Below, one piece after another: positions 41,559 through 51,225 of a stretch of DNA of 64,000 bases. A program made the translations under genes and the position numbers. How positions within the stretch are numbered: position 1 is the first letter of the stretch; each line of letters opens with the position of its first letter. The DNA is taken from assembly GCA_002780175.1 (NCBI GenBank), contig PEVT01000048.1:8754-72753 (forward strand), read 5' to 3'. The notes beneath the pieces are model-generated. The model searched no databases. It was not told the DNA's origin and saw only the letters and a list, made by a program, of their open reading frames with translations. The DNA comes from Candidatus Moranbacteria bacterium CG06_land_8_20_14_3_00_40_12. Lineage in GTDB: Bacteria > Patescibacteriota > Minisyncoccia > Moranbacterales > UBA2206.

Positions 41559-42821
41559 ATGGAGACTTTCGAAATTCAAGGTGGAAAAAAACTTAAGGGT
41601 GAAATAGAGGTGCGGGGGTCAAAAAATGCCACTACACCGATTTTAGCCGCTACATTACTCACAAAAGAAAGATGCATTATTTCTAACATTCCTCTAATTG
41701 AGGATGTTTTTAAGATGTTGGAAATATTAAAAAGTATGGGCTCGGAAGTGAAATGGCTGGGTGAAAGAAAAATTTGTATTAAAAATGATAATATTTATCC
41801 AGATAAAATGGATGCGGAATTGATTAAAAAAATTCGTTCTTCCATTTTACTTTTTGGATCATTGAGTGCGCGTTTTGATAAATTCCAGATTCATCATCCA
41901 GGCGGATGCAAGATCGGCATTCGTCCCATGGATACACATTTTGACGCTTTAAGAAAAATGGGAGTAGAGGTCAAGCAAAATGAAAAAGCTTATGAAGTTT
42001 CAGCGAGCAAAAGAAAACCAGCAAAAATTGTTTTAAAAGAATTTTCTGTCACTGGTACGGAAAATGCTATGATGTTGGCGGCTAGTTTACCCGGTAAGAC
42101 TATTATAAAAATTGCCGCTTGTGAACCGCACGTAGAAGATTTGGGAAATTTCTTGATTTCTATGGGCGCTAAAATCGAAGGATTGGGGACGCATACTTTA
42201 GAAATAATTGGTTCCAGAAAATTGCAAGGAGTTAGGCACCAAATTATTCCAGATGCTAATGAAGCAGCCACATTTTTAATTATGGGCGTAGCCACGCAAA
42301 GCCCAATTAAAGTCAAAAATGCTAGAGAAGAACATCTGGATTTAGTATTGGAAAAATTAAGAGAATTCGGAGCGGATTTTAAAATAGAAAAAAATTGTAT
42401 AACTGTAATTCCAAATTCCCGATTGAAAGCTGTTAATAAAGTAGATGCCCGGACTTATCCCGGCGTTCCTACAGATGTTCAAGCGCCTTTTGGAGTTTTG
42501 GCGACGCAAGCTAAAGGGAAAACCCTAATTCACGATTCTTTGTATGAGGGGCGATTCAATTATATCAATGAAATAAATAAAATGGGGGCGCAAGCAAAGA
42601 TTCTCAATGTTCATCAGGCGTTGATTAGTGGGCCGACTAAATTAAGCGGTAAAAAGATAAATAGTTTCGACCTGCGTGCCGGAGCAGCGCTGATTATTGC
42701 GGCCTTGGTAGCCAAGGGGAAAACTGTCATTCAGGATATTTATCAAGTTGATAGAGGCTATGAGAGGATAGAAGAACGCTTGCAAAAATTGGGCGCGGAT
42801 ATAAAACGAGTATCGAGTTAA
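41559..42821 (+). CDS. murA: UDP-GlcNAc enolpyruvyl transferase
   Basis: GSKNA, PGGCKIG, DLRAGAA, DRGYE. Confidence 0.96.
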   Translation: METFEIQGGKKLKGEIEVRGSKNATTPILAATLLTKERCIISNIPLIEDVFKMLEILKSMGSEVKWLGERKICIKNDNIYPDKMDAELIKKIRSSILLFGSLSARFDKFQIHHPGGCKIGIRPMDTHFDALRKMGVEVKQNEKAYEVSASKRKPAKIVLKEFSVTGTENAMMLAASLPGKTIIKIAACEPHVEDLGNFLISMGAKIEGLGTHTLEIIGSRKLQGVRHQIIPDANEAATFLIMGVATQSPIKVKNAREEHLDLVLEKLREFGADFKIEKNCITVIPNSRLKAVNKVDARTYPGVPTDVQAPFGVLATQAKGKTLIHDSLYEGRFNYINEINKMGAQAKILNVHQALISGPTKLSGKKINSFDLRAGAALIIAALVAKGKTVIQDIYQVDRGYERIEERLQKLGADIKRVSS

Positions 42822-42822
42822 A

Positions 42823-43305
42823 CCGATGCGAAACTACAAAACATTTTTCGAATCTACGAACAAAACAAAAACAAAATGTATACAAAAGGAATAGTTAAAA
42901 AAGATATAAAAATATTATATCCCGAACTGTCCTATAATTTAAATGGAATATTTTTTAAAATACACAAGGGATTGGGTCGATATTGTAGAGAAAAACAATA
43001 TGCAAATGCTTTTGAAAAAGAACTAATTAGTAAAAGTATAAAATATACGCGAGAGGAAAGAATTGTTAAGGGTGATAATTTTACAGGAAATATAACAGAT
43101 TTTATAATCGAAAATTGTGTAGTCGTTGAATTGAAAGCTAAAAAATTTGTGACTAAAAATGATTTTTATCAAGTGAAAAGATATTTAATAAGTTTAAATA
43201 AAAAACTAGGATTAATTGTGAATTTCAGGGACGACTTCATTAAAACAAAAAGAGTTTTAAATGATTGTTCGTAGGTTCGTATTTTAATTCGTAGTTTCGA
43301 ATCGG
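42823..43305. mobile_element. Candidate inverted-repeat-bounded element carrying a GxxExxY gene
   Basis: 41-bp imperfect inverted repeats at 42823-42863 and 43265-43305 (32/41 matching). Confidence 0.6.
42876..43274 (+). CDS. GxxExxY-family PD-(D/E)XK nuclease-like protein
   Basis: LGRYCREKQY, DFIIENCVVVELKA, QVKRYL, GLIVNF. Confidence 0.88.
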   Translation: MYTKGIVKKDIKILYPELSYNLNGIFFKIHKGLGRYCREKQYANAFEKELISKSIKYTREERIVKGDNFTGNITDFIIENCVVVELKAKKFVTKNDFYQVKRYLISLNKKLGLIVNFRDDFIKTKRVLNDCS

Positions 43306-43312
43306 ATAATAT

Positions 43313-44320
43313 ATGTTTGTTCGCAAAATTGGAATTGATTTAGGCACGGCCAATACCCTGGTTTATGTCCCGAAAAAAGGCATCATGGTGAATGAACCCA
43401 GCGTGGTGGCTATTTCTTTGGTGGATAATAAAGTTTTAGCCATTGGCAATTATGCCAAAGAGATGTTGGGCCGCACGCCGGACACGATTATCGCCAGCCG
43501 TCCCATGAAAGACGGCGTGATTGCCGATTATCGGATCACGGAAGCCATGCTTAAATATTTTATCAATAAAGTCAGCGGAAAATTCCGGCTGGTCCGGCCG
43601 GAAGTTTTAATTTCCATTCCGGCCGGCGTGACTTCCACTGAAAGGCGGGCTGTGATTGACGCGGCTATGCGTTCCGGAGCCAAAGCGGCCTATGTGGTCA
43701 AAGAGCCGATTTTAGCGGCGATCGGCGCCGGCATCCCCATTAATTTTCCCACAGGCAATATGATAATTGATATCGGCGGTGGAACCTCGGAAGTGGCTGT
43801 CATCTCTCTGGGAGGCATTGTAGCGACGCACAGCGCCCGTGTAGGCGGTAATAAACTGGATCAAGCCATCGCGGACTATATAAAAAGAAAACACTGTCTG
43901 GCCATCGGAGACAAAACAGCCGAAGAAATTAAAATTCTGATCGGCTCGGCTTTGCCGCAGGCCAAAGATGAGCATATGGAAATACACGGCCGGGATCTTT
44001 CCGGCGGATTGCCTAAAACTATCAGAATCTTTTCCAATGAAATAACGGAAGCGATGCAAGACGAACTGCGGGAAATAATTTCGGCCATTAAAAAAGTTTT
44101 GCAGGAAACGCCGCCGGAACTGGCGGCGGACATTATGGATAAAGGCATGGTGCTTTCCGGCGGAGGAGCGCTGCTTAACCATCTGGACCAATTGATTGTC
44201 AAAACCATCGAGGTGCCTTGCTATGTGGCCGAAGAACCGCTGCTCTGCGTGATTAAAGGCATCGGAGTGGTGCTGGATAATCTGGATCAATACAAGCGGA
44301 CGATAATGCTAAGTAAATAA
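43313..44320 (+). CDS. mreB: Rod shape-determining protein MreB/Mbl
   Basis: GIDLGTANT, DIGGGT, LSGGGA. Confidence 0.96.
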   Translation: MFVRKIGIDLGTANTLVYVPKKGIMVNEPSVVAISLVDNKVLAIGNYAKEMLGRTPDTIIASRPMKDGVIADYRITEAMLKYFINKVSGKFRLVRPEVLISIPAGVTSTERRAVIDAAMRSGAKAAYVVKEPILAAIGAGIPINFPTGNMIIDIGGGTSEVAVISLGGIVATHSARVGGNKLDQAIADYIKRKHCLAIGDKTAEEIKILIGSALPQAKDEHMEIHGRDLSGGLPKTIRIFSNEITEAMQDELREIISAIKKVLQETPPELAADIMDKGMVLSGGGALLNHLDQLIVKTIEVPCYVAEEPLLCVIKGIGVVLDNLDQYKRTIMLSK

Positions 44321-44438
44321 ATTTTAAATTTAAAATTCTAAATTTTAAATCAATTTTAAATTATCAAATGTTTAAATTATTTAAAAATTTATTCATTTAG
44401 ATTTCATTTAAAATTTTAAATTTAGAATTTAAAATTTC
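44321..44438. repeat. AT-rich 7-mer hairpin element
   Basis: AAATTTT periodicity; resembles the 23S helix-9 insert core. Confidence 0.7.
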
Positions 44439-44440
44439 CA

Positions 44441-45631
44441 ATGATTATTGATCTTGACGGTTCGCGCGCTTTTTTACGGCAGCGGACCGGCATTGAAGAA
44501 TATTCTTATCAAGTTATTAAGCACCTGATTAATGAATTAAAAAACGATCAGGTTGTTTTGTATATACGTAAAAATCAGAATATTGATTTTAAACTGCCAA
44601 GCAATTGGAAAATTAAAATTATTAAGTGGCCTTATTTTTGGACTCAAATCGGACTTTCCCTGGAAATGCTTTTGCATCCGGCAGACGCGCTTTTTATTTC
44701 GGCCCATATTATTCCGTTAATTCATCCTAAAAAAACTCTTGTCACTATTCATGGCCTGGAATATGAATTTATTCCCCAAGCTTATTCTTTGTGGGAAAAA
44801 ATATATATGCGTTTCGCGATTAAAAAATCCTGCCGCCAGGCGCGAAAAATAATCGCGGTTTCGAAAAACACTAAGAGAGATTTGATGAAATTATACAAAG
44901 TGCCGGAGGAAAAAATCATTGTGATATATGAGGGTTATGTCATTGCGAGCAAAGCGAAGCAATCTAATAATAAAAATGAGATTGCCGCGGTCGTTCGTGG
45001 CGAACTCCCTCGCAATGACAATGTTGGGAAACATCTACTTTTTATTGGAAGACTCGAAGAACGTAAAAACATCATTGGAATCATCAAAGCTTTTGAAATC
45101 TTGAAAGAAAAATATAAAATTCCCCACAAATTGATTTTAGCGGGAAAACCTGGTTTTAACTATGAAAATATCCAGTCCTATCTGTCCAATTCGTCCTATA
45201 AGTCTGATATTATTCTAACCGGTTTTGTAAGCGAAGAAGAAAAACAAAAATTGTTAAAAAACGCGGAGGTTTTTCTTTTTCCCACATTTTATGAGGGCTT
45301 TGGTTTGCCAATTTTGGAAGCGCAAAATGCCGGCGTGCCGGTCGTAGCTTCCAATAATTCTTCCATTCCGGAAGTGGTAAAAATCCCCCCTAGCCCCCCT
45401 TTTGCAAAGGGGGAAAACAATTTTTCTCCCTTTTTAAAAAGGAGAGTTGGAGAGGGATTTTCCGCTCTGCTTGTTAATCCCAAAAATCCAACAGAGATCG
45501 CCGAAGCAACTTACAAACTTATCACTGATAAAAATCTTAAAGAAGATATGATAAAAAAAGGCTTGGAAAATACCAAGCGTTTCAGCTGGAAAAAATGCGC
45601 AAGTCAAATTGCTAAATTGTTAAAAGGCTAA
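44441..45631 (+). CDS. GT4 glycosyltransferase with two in-frame palindrome insertions
   Basis: TGIEEY, IGRLEERKN, YEGFGLPILEA. Confidence 0.92.
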   Translation: MIIDLDGSRAFLRQRTGIEEYSYQVIKHLINELKNDQVVLYIRKNQNIDFKLPSNWKIKIIKWPYFWTQIGLSLEMLLHPADALFISAHIIPLIHPKKTLVTIHGLEYEFIPQAYSLWEKIYMRFAIKKSCRQARKIIAVSKNTKRDLMKLYKVPEEKIIVIYEGYVIASKAKQSNNKNEIAAVVRGELPRNDNVGKHLLFIGRLEERKNIIGIIKAFEILKEKYKIPHKLILAGKPGFNYENIQSYLSNSSYKSDIILTGFVSEEEKQKLLKNAEVFLFPTFYEGFGLPILEAQNAGVPVVASNNSSIPEVVKIPPSPPFAKGENNFSPFLKRRVGEGFSALLVNPKNPTEIAEATYKLITDKNLKEDMIKKGLENTKRFSWKKCASQIAKLLKG

Positions 45632-45705
45632 ATGGCTATTTTTTGAAAATAAAAAACTAGAATTGAGATGCGAGAGGTTGGGCATCCTCTCGCATGAAAA
45701 GAACT

Positions 45706-45921
45706 TTAGTCGTTTTCGTTTAGATCAAGTAAAAATTCAAGGGTAGCTTTCCTTTCAATCAGATGGATTGTTTCATCCAGAAGATCCATAGCCACTCGAA
45801 CATTATTTCTAATGAATGTTGCAAGATCAGAAGCTTCAGGATGTTGCTTGAAGATGTTTGCATCTGGCAATGTATCAAGACGTTCTAACGCTGTTCTAAG
45901 ATTTTTCAGATTAATATCCAT
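45706..45921 (-). CDS. Small hypothetical protein (71 aa)
   Basis: AGGAGG RBS upstream; hairpin ATGCGAGAGG...CCTCTCGCAT downstream. Confidence 0.6.
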   Translation of the reverse strand: MDINLKNLRTALERLDTLPDANIFKQHPEASDLATFIRNNVRVAMDLLDETIHLIERKATLEFLLDLNEND

Positions 45922-46096
45922 AATATATCTCTCCTCCTTTTTTGCCCAATTCTAATTTTCTATTTTATTTTTAAAGACAAAAACAAATTTTGGCGATAAC
46001 TTTTTGGCTTATATAATAGATTGTGGTATGATTTTAATACAAGCGCGGTCTCTTATTAAGTGCATAATATCACGAAATTTAGAAAAAGCAATAAAA

Positions 46097-47302
46097 ATGA
46101 CGGAATTAAAAAAAGATTTAAAAATAGCCCTAGTTCACGATTTTCTGACGCAATACGGGGGAGCGGAGCGGGTCTTGGAAGTATTTTGCGAAATGTTTCC
46201 CAAAGCGCCGATTTATACCTTGCTTTATGATAAGGTTGCAATGCGCGGAAAATTTAAGGACAGAGAGATCCATACTTCTTTTTTACAAAAATTCCCCAAA
46301 TTTTTACGAAAAAAGAAAAAATGGCTCTTGCCTCTGATGCCGACCGCGCCGGAAACTTTCAATCTAAGGGATTTTGATTTGATTATTTCCAGCTGCGGAG
46401 TTTGGTCCAAAGCGATTATTACCCGATTAGATGTAAAACATATCTGTTATATGCACAGCCCAATGCGTTTTGCCTGGGAAGAGGGGGAGGAATATTTGCT
46501 GGAACAGAAAAGATCGGCGAAAACCAATTTTTTTGTCCGCCTGCTACTTAATTATTTACGCGTCTGGGACAGAGTTTCAGCTGACCGGCCGGATTATCTG
46601 ATTGCCAATTCGCGGTTTACCCGGGAAAGAATAAAAAAATATTATAACAGGGAGAGTGTTGTTATTTATCCGCCGGTAAATATGGAACATGAAACACGGA
46701 ACATAGAACAACAAAATCCCTTGGTTGCGCCAAGTCTGGCGAAGCCAGACAAATCTCAAACAATCCGCCAGCCGGCGGACAAAATTCAAAATTCAAAATT
46801 TTTTTTGGTTGTATCAAGGCTCTCTCCTTATAAAAAAATAGACGCGGCCGTAGAAGCTTTTAATAAATTAGAATTGCCGCTCATCGTAATCGGCGAAGGA
46901 TCGCAGGAAAAATATTTGCGTTCCATCGCTGGAAAAAATGTAAAAATTTTAGGTTGGCAACCGGAAGAAAAAATCAGGGAATATTACGCGGGTGCCAGAG
47001 CTTTTATCTTCGCGGGCGTGGATGATTTCGGGATGACGATGGTGGAAGCGTTGGCGCGGGGCGTTCCGGTGCTGGCGCTTAAAAAAGGCGGAGCTCTGGA
47101 AATCGTGGCAGAAGGGAAAACCGGCGAATTTTTTGTTTCCAACAAGCCGGAAATAATTGCCGAGTGCGTGAAGAGATTTATGGAAAAAGAAAAAGAATAC
47201 GACAAAAATCTTATAATAGAAAGCGCCAAAAAATTCAGTAAAGAGAGATTCGTTAGGGAATTTGAAGAATACATGGCAAAAATTTTAAATGACAAATTTT
47301 AA
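46097..47302 (+). CDS. GT4 glycosyltransferase (WbaZ-like) with repeat-derived linker insertion
   Basis: ALVHDFL..GGAERV, SRLSPYK, DFGMTMVEA; ATG 46097 preferred over the track's upstream start. Confidence 0.9.
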   Translation: MTELKKDLKIALVHDFLTQYGGAERVLEVFCEMFPKAPIYTLLYDKVAMRGKFKDREIHTSFLQKFPKFLRKKKKWLLPLMPTAPETFNLRDFDLIISSCGVWSKAIITRLDVKHICYMHSPMRFAWEEGEEYLLEQKRSAKTNFFVRLLLNYLRVWDRVSADRPDYLIANSRFTRERIKKYYNRESVVIYPPVNMEHETRNIEQQNPLVAPSLAKPDKSQTIRQPADKIQNSKFFLVVSRLSPYKKIDAAVEAFNKLELPLIVIGEGSQEKYLRSIAGKNVKILGWQPEEKIREYYAGARAFIFAGVDDFGMTMVEALARGVPVLALKKGGALEIVAEGKTGEFFVSNKPEIIAECVKRFMEKEKEYDKNLIIESAKKFSKERFVREFEEYMAKILNDKF

Positions 47303-47415
47303 ATTTTAAATCAAATCCCTGCCTGCCGGCAGGCAGGTAAATGAATAAATTTTAAAACATTTAATCATTAAAAATTTATAATTCACTTAAAATTTAGAAT
47401 TTAAAATTGAAAATT
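47281..47415. repeat. AT-rich 7-mer hairpin element with inserted 20-mer palindrome
   Basis: Aligns to the 23S insert core 32201-32302 except for CCTGCCTGCCGGCAGGCAGG at 47318-47337. Confidence 0.8.
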
Positions 47416-47422
47416 ATTTTCT

Positions 47423-48364
47423 ATGAATATCATCGGCCATAAAAAAATTATTGATTTATTAGATAAAGCTGTTGCTAAAAATAGCGTATCGCAGGCTTAT
47501 CTTTTTTCCGGTCCTTCCGGAGTCGGCAAGTTTCAAACGGCCAAGTATTTCGCGGAAAAAATTTTAGGATCCAGTCAGCAGCGGATCAGCGATGCCCTGG
47601 TAATTTTGGAAGCGGATAAGGAGAAAAATTCCGAAGAGCCGGTTGGGGAAGAAAAAAACGCCAAAGCGGATAAAACCAAAATGAAAAAAGGGGAAATAAA
47701 AATTGAGGAAATAAGAGAATTAAAAAGGAAGCTTTTTCTAAGTTCGGAAACAGGCCGGAAAGTCGCTATTATCCGCGGAGCGGAAAAATTAAATAAATCT
47801 TCCCAGAACGCTTTATTAAAAATTTTGGAAGAACCCAATGAAGGATTAACGATAATTTTAGTGGCGGATGACGAAAAAAAACTTTTTCCCACCATTATTT
47901 CCCGCTGCCAAAAAACCCGTTTTGGAATAGTGGCCGATGGGGAAATTAGCAAATTAGTTGATTCCCGGGGAAAAAATTTAAACCCCGAAATCAAGCAGGC
48001 TATACTTTTTTGGTCTATCGGCCGGCCGGGCTTGGCCTTGGAAATGCTGGAAAATCCGGAAAAACTGGAATTGAGAGTCTGTTCTTTTCGGGAGGCCCGG
48101 AATCTTTTTCAAAAAACCGTTTTGGAAAAGTTTGTCTTAGCGGAAAATTTAGCCAAAGATTTAAATGGCGCCTTGGCCAAAATGAATATCTGGGTGGTGG
48201 GAATAAGGGAGGCGTTGCTCAAAGGCGGATTAGAGGGAATTTCACAGGAAAAAAGCCTGGAAATACTGGAAAAAATAAGCGAGAGCCGGAAACTGCTTGG
48301 TCAAACTAATGCTAACGCCAAGCTAATCCTGGAAAATATGCTATTAGCTTTTTCGCGAAAATAA
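47423..48364 (+). CDS. holB: DNA polymerase III delta' subunit
   Basis: AYLFSGPSGVGK, NALLKILEEP, TIISRC. Confidence 0.88.
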   Translation: MNIIGHKKIIDLLDKAVAKNSVSQAYLFSGPSGVGKFQTAKYFAEKILGSSQQRISDALVILEADKEKNSEEPVGEEKNAKADKTKMKKGEIKIEEIRELKRKLFLSSETGRKVAIIRGAEKLNKSSQNALLKILEEPNEGLTIILVADDEKKLFPTIISRCQKTRFGIVADGEISKLVDSRGKNLNPEIKQAILFWSIGRPGLALEMLENPEKLELRVCSFREARNLFQKTVLEKFVLAENLAKDLNGALAKMNIWVVGIREALLKGGLEGISQEKSLEILEKISESRKLLGQTNANAKLILENMLLAFSRK

Positions 48365-48378
48365 AAAGCCAAAAAAAA

Positions 48379-49269
48379 ATGACGAAGAAAGGTTTTTTAC
48401 CCAAAACCGGAAAAATCAGATACGCTCCGAAAAAAAAGATAAATTTCTCCAGGATTCTTTATCGTTTTTTTACCCTGTTTTTTTTGGGAGTAGCGGTCTA
48501 TATTTTTCTTTTTTCCGGATTTCTGAACATTTTGAGCCGGGAATTTTCACCGACGGAGAAAATCAGTTCGCAAAAGCTTTCCGACTGTTTGGATGAATTG
48601 CTGAAAGAAAAATATTTAAGTATCATTCCCAAAAATAATCTTCTCTTGCTTAAAGAAAGTTATGTGAATGATTTTTTCACCCGGAAATTCGGAATAGTGA
48701 AAAAAATAAAAATTATCAGGAAATTTCCTGATAAAATAAAGATTCTGGTGGAGGAAAGGAATCCGATTCTGATTTTAGAAAATTCTAAAGGGAGGTTTAT
48801 TTTAGATGACGAAAGCAATATTTATCCGGATGATTTTTTTGTTTCCAGCGGTTTTAACCAAACAGAACTGCCGATCTTGAAAGAAGAAAATTCGGAATTG
48901 GCTTTTTCTTTCGATAATCAGGCGGGCTTGAGTTATCTCCAATTCATTTTAAGAGTTAAAGAAAAACTGGAAAATCTTCTGGATATCCCGGTGGAAAAAG
49001 AGATGATCGCTCCTAAAATAATTTCCGGAGATGTTATTTTTAAAACGCAAGAAGGCTGGCAGCTGTATTTTAATAAAAGCGCAGCCATAGACAAGGAAAT
49101 AGAAACGCTCCGGATCGTGCTGGAAGAAAAAATCGGAAAGGAAAAACGCAAGGACTTGGAATATATCGATTTGCGGATCGATAACAAGATTTACTATAAA
49201 TTCAAAGATATTCAGGCAGAAAATCCTCCAGCTGAAAAATCTGAAGATAAAGACAAGAAGAAAAAATAA
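48379..49269 (+). CDS. FtsQ/DivIB-like cell division protein
   Basis: Single TM, POTRA-like RKFPDKIKILVEER, YIDLR. Confidence 0.8.
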   Translation: MTKKGFLPKTGKIRYAPKKKINFSRILYRFFTLFFLGVAVYIFLFSGFLNILSREFSPTEKISSQKLSDCLDELLKEKYLSIIPKNNLLLLKESYVNDFFTRKFGIVKKIKIIRKFPDKIKILVEERNPILILENSKGRFILDDESNIYPDDFFVSSGFNQTELPILKEENSELAFSFDNQAGLSYLQFILRVKEKLENLLDIPVEKEMIAPKIISGDVIFKTQEGWQLYFNKSAAIDKEIETLRIVLEEKIGKEKRKDLEYIDLRIDNKIYYKFKDIQAENPPAEKSEDKDKKKK

Positions 49270-49284
49270 AAAGCAACTTTGCTG

Positions 49285-49370
49285 TTGTCATTCCCGTGAA
49301 AACGGGAATCCAGAAAACTAAACTAAAAATAATTTATTTGCTGGATTCCGGGTCAAGTCCGGAATGACAA
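49285..49370. repeat. GTCAT...ATGAC palindromic element between convergent genes
   Basis: TTGTCATTCC...GGAATGACAA; contains ATTCCC-N8-GGGAAT. Confidence 0.8.
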
Positions 49371-49375
49371 GATGA

Positions 49376-51217
49376 TTATAAACTGTTGGCTTTTTCGGCC
49401 TCGGCCTGGTCAAGATAATAAATAAGCAAAGAGGTTCCCACTTGATAGTCGGGAATTTTTTCTTTTAGGAAGCGGTAGCTCTGGTTGTCCGGCTTGGTTT
49501 GGTCATAGAGGCTTCCTTGCAGAAAATTAGTGGAAACAGCATACCAGCCGATTTCGATTGGACGTTTACTGTCCCACCATAAATTGTTTTTATCTCCTAT
49601 GTGATAGTTGATATTTCCGCCACCGAAATAATCAATGCGGATTTTATCTATTTCCGGATGTTGAGACAGAAAATAACGCAAGCGGATTAAATCTTGGCCC
49701 CAGTCGGCGTTGGAATCGGTTACATAATGATAGCCATTTTTCGGACCGCCGGCCAATTGATTGAAATACGAGACATAATTAGGGAAAGACAAGAGGGTTT
49801 CCCATATCAGCCAAACTAAGAAAAACATGACGATAGCAGAAGAAAATTTTTTAATTTCCCGATGATGTTGCTTTTTGATAAATTCCGTAATTTTTTTTGC
49901 TAGCAGGATATAGATAAAAGGAAAAATCGGGAAAAGATGGCGCAGGCCGATGTTCAGCCGGCCCGTAATGCTGGAAATTAAGTATAAAGATATGAACAAC
50001 AGCATGGAAAATTCGGCCGGAGAAGTGCGAATATAGTCGATAAGGTTTTGCCAGCTTTTTTTGATAAAATTTTCAGAAATATTTTTTAATTTCTTTCCGA
50101 TTTGCCAGCAGGAAAAAAATAGGGAAAAAATAATCAGAAAAATTATTGGCAATGGTTCTTTAATTAGGAATACGACTGGAAAATAGGAAAGGAAACCCTT
50201 ATTGGATACTTCGCCCATGAAATAAGTCATATTTCCTCCAGCAACTCTTTGGAAGACTCTGGCTACGCCGAAAAAATAATCGGCAAGCGGCGTTAAAATC
50301 GGCTGGGCATTCATCCAAGAAATAACCATTCTGCCGTAAACATTTATGGGCTGTAAATCACTCGGATTAAAATAGTAATCCATGATTTCCAAAAGTTTTG
50401 TTTGTGGCATTCGGTAAGTATTTATATAATAAACCGCGTAAACAATTATCAAGGAAATTGCGAAAGCCGCGGTTCCCTTTAATAAGTATTCGCCAAGATA
50501 TTTTAATTTCCCATATTGTTTATCTTTAGGCAGCCTCACTAGCGGGTAGATTATTAAAATTAACGCAAAAATAGGAAAAGTTAATACGGAAGAAAATTTT
50601 ACCAGCTGCACTAATCCCAAAAATAGCCCAAAGAAAAAAGTATTTTTCCAATTAGGATTTTTAATAAATTTTATGAAGTAATAAAAAGTAAATACGATAA
50701 AAGCGGCAATGCCCAAATCAGTCGTGACATAATGATTGTGGCCTAAAATGTTGGGATCGAAAGCGTAAAAAAGAAGAGCGATAAAACCGGCGGTCAAACC
50801 GGCTAACTGCCGGGTCCAGATAAAAATAAAAATCCCCAAGATTAAAGAAAGCAAAATAATGGGCAAACGGGACCAAAAAACTATTTTTTCCGGATTATTG
50901 CCAGCTTGATAGAGGAAATATCTTCCGGCGTTCCATTGGCTATTATCAGCGTTATCTTTGGTCCAAAAATCTTGAGTAATATCAAACCTAGGTTGAAAGA
51001 AAAGTAAAGGAACGCCTGTTATATCTTTGAGAAGAGGCGGATGTTCCGGATTAAGCCGCATGTCATGCTCTTTTAAATAACTGTAGCCGGCTGGAATATG
51101 GGCGATTTCATCGTAAATCGGACTGTCATTTTTGGCGTTGATTAAGGAAATGACCAATATAAAAAACAGAATCAAAGAAATCAGCCAAAGATAATTTTTT
51201 TCTAAGAATCTTTTCAT
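49376..51217 (-). CDS. GT-C (ArnT/PMT-like) glycosyltransferase
   Basis: YDEIAH, NPEHPPL, VTTD, multiple TMs, DSNADWGQDL. Confidence 0.85.
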   Translation of the reverse strand: MKRFLEKNYLWLISLILFFILVISLINAKNDSPIYDEIAHIPAGYSYLKEHDMRLNPEHPPLLKDITGVPLLFFQPRFDITQDFWTKDNADNSQWNAGRYFLYQAGNNPEKIVFWSRLPIILLSLILGIFIFIWTRQLAGLTAGFIALLFYAFDPNILGHNHYVTTDLGIAAFIVFTFYYFIKFIKNPNWKNTFFFGLFLGLVQLVKFSSVLTFPIFALILIIYPLVRLPKDKQYGKLKYLGEYLLKGTAAFAISLIIVYAVYYINTYRMPQTKLLEIMDYYFNPSDLQPINVYGRMVISWMNAQPILTPLADYFFGVARVFQRVAGGNMTYFMGEVSNKGFLSYFPVVFLIKEPLPIIFLIIFSLFFSCWQIGKKLKNISENFIKKSWQNLIDYIRTSPAEFSMLLFISLYLISSITGRLNIGLRHLFPIFPFIYILLAKKITEFIKKQHHREIKKFSSAIVMFFLVWLIWETLLSFPNYVSYFNQLAGGPKNGYHYVTDSNADWGQDLIRLRYFLSQHPEIDKIRIDYFGGGNINYHIGDKNNLWWDSKRPIEIGWYAVSTNFLQGSLYDQTKPDNQSYRFLKEKIPDYQVGTSLLIYYLDQAEAEKANSL

Positions 51218-51225
51218 GGCAATTT

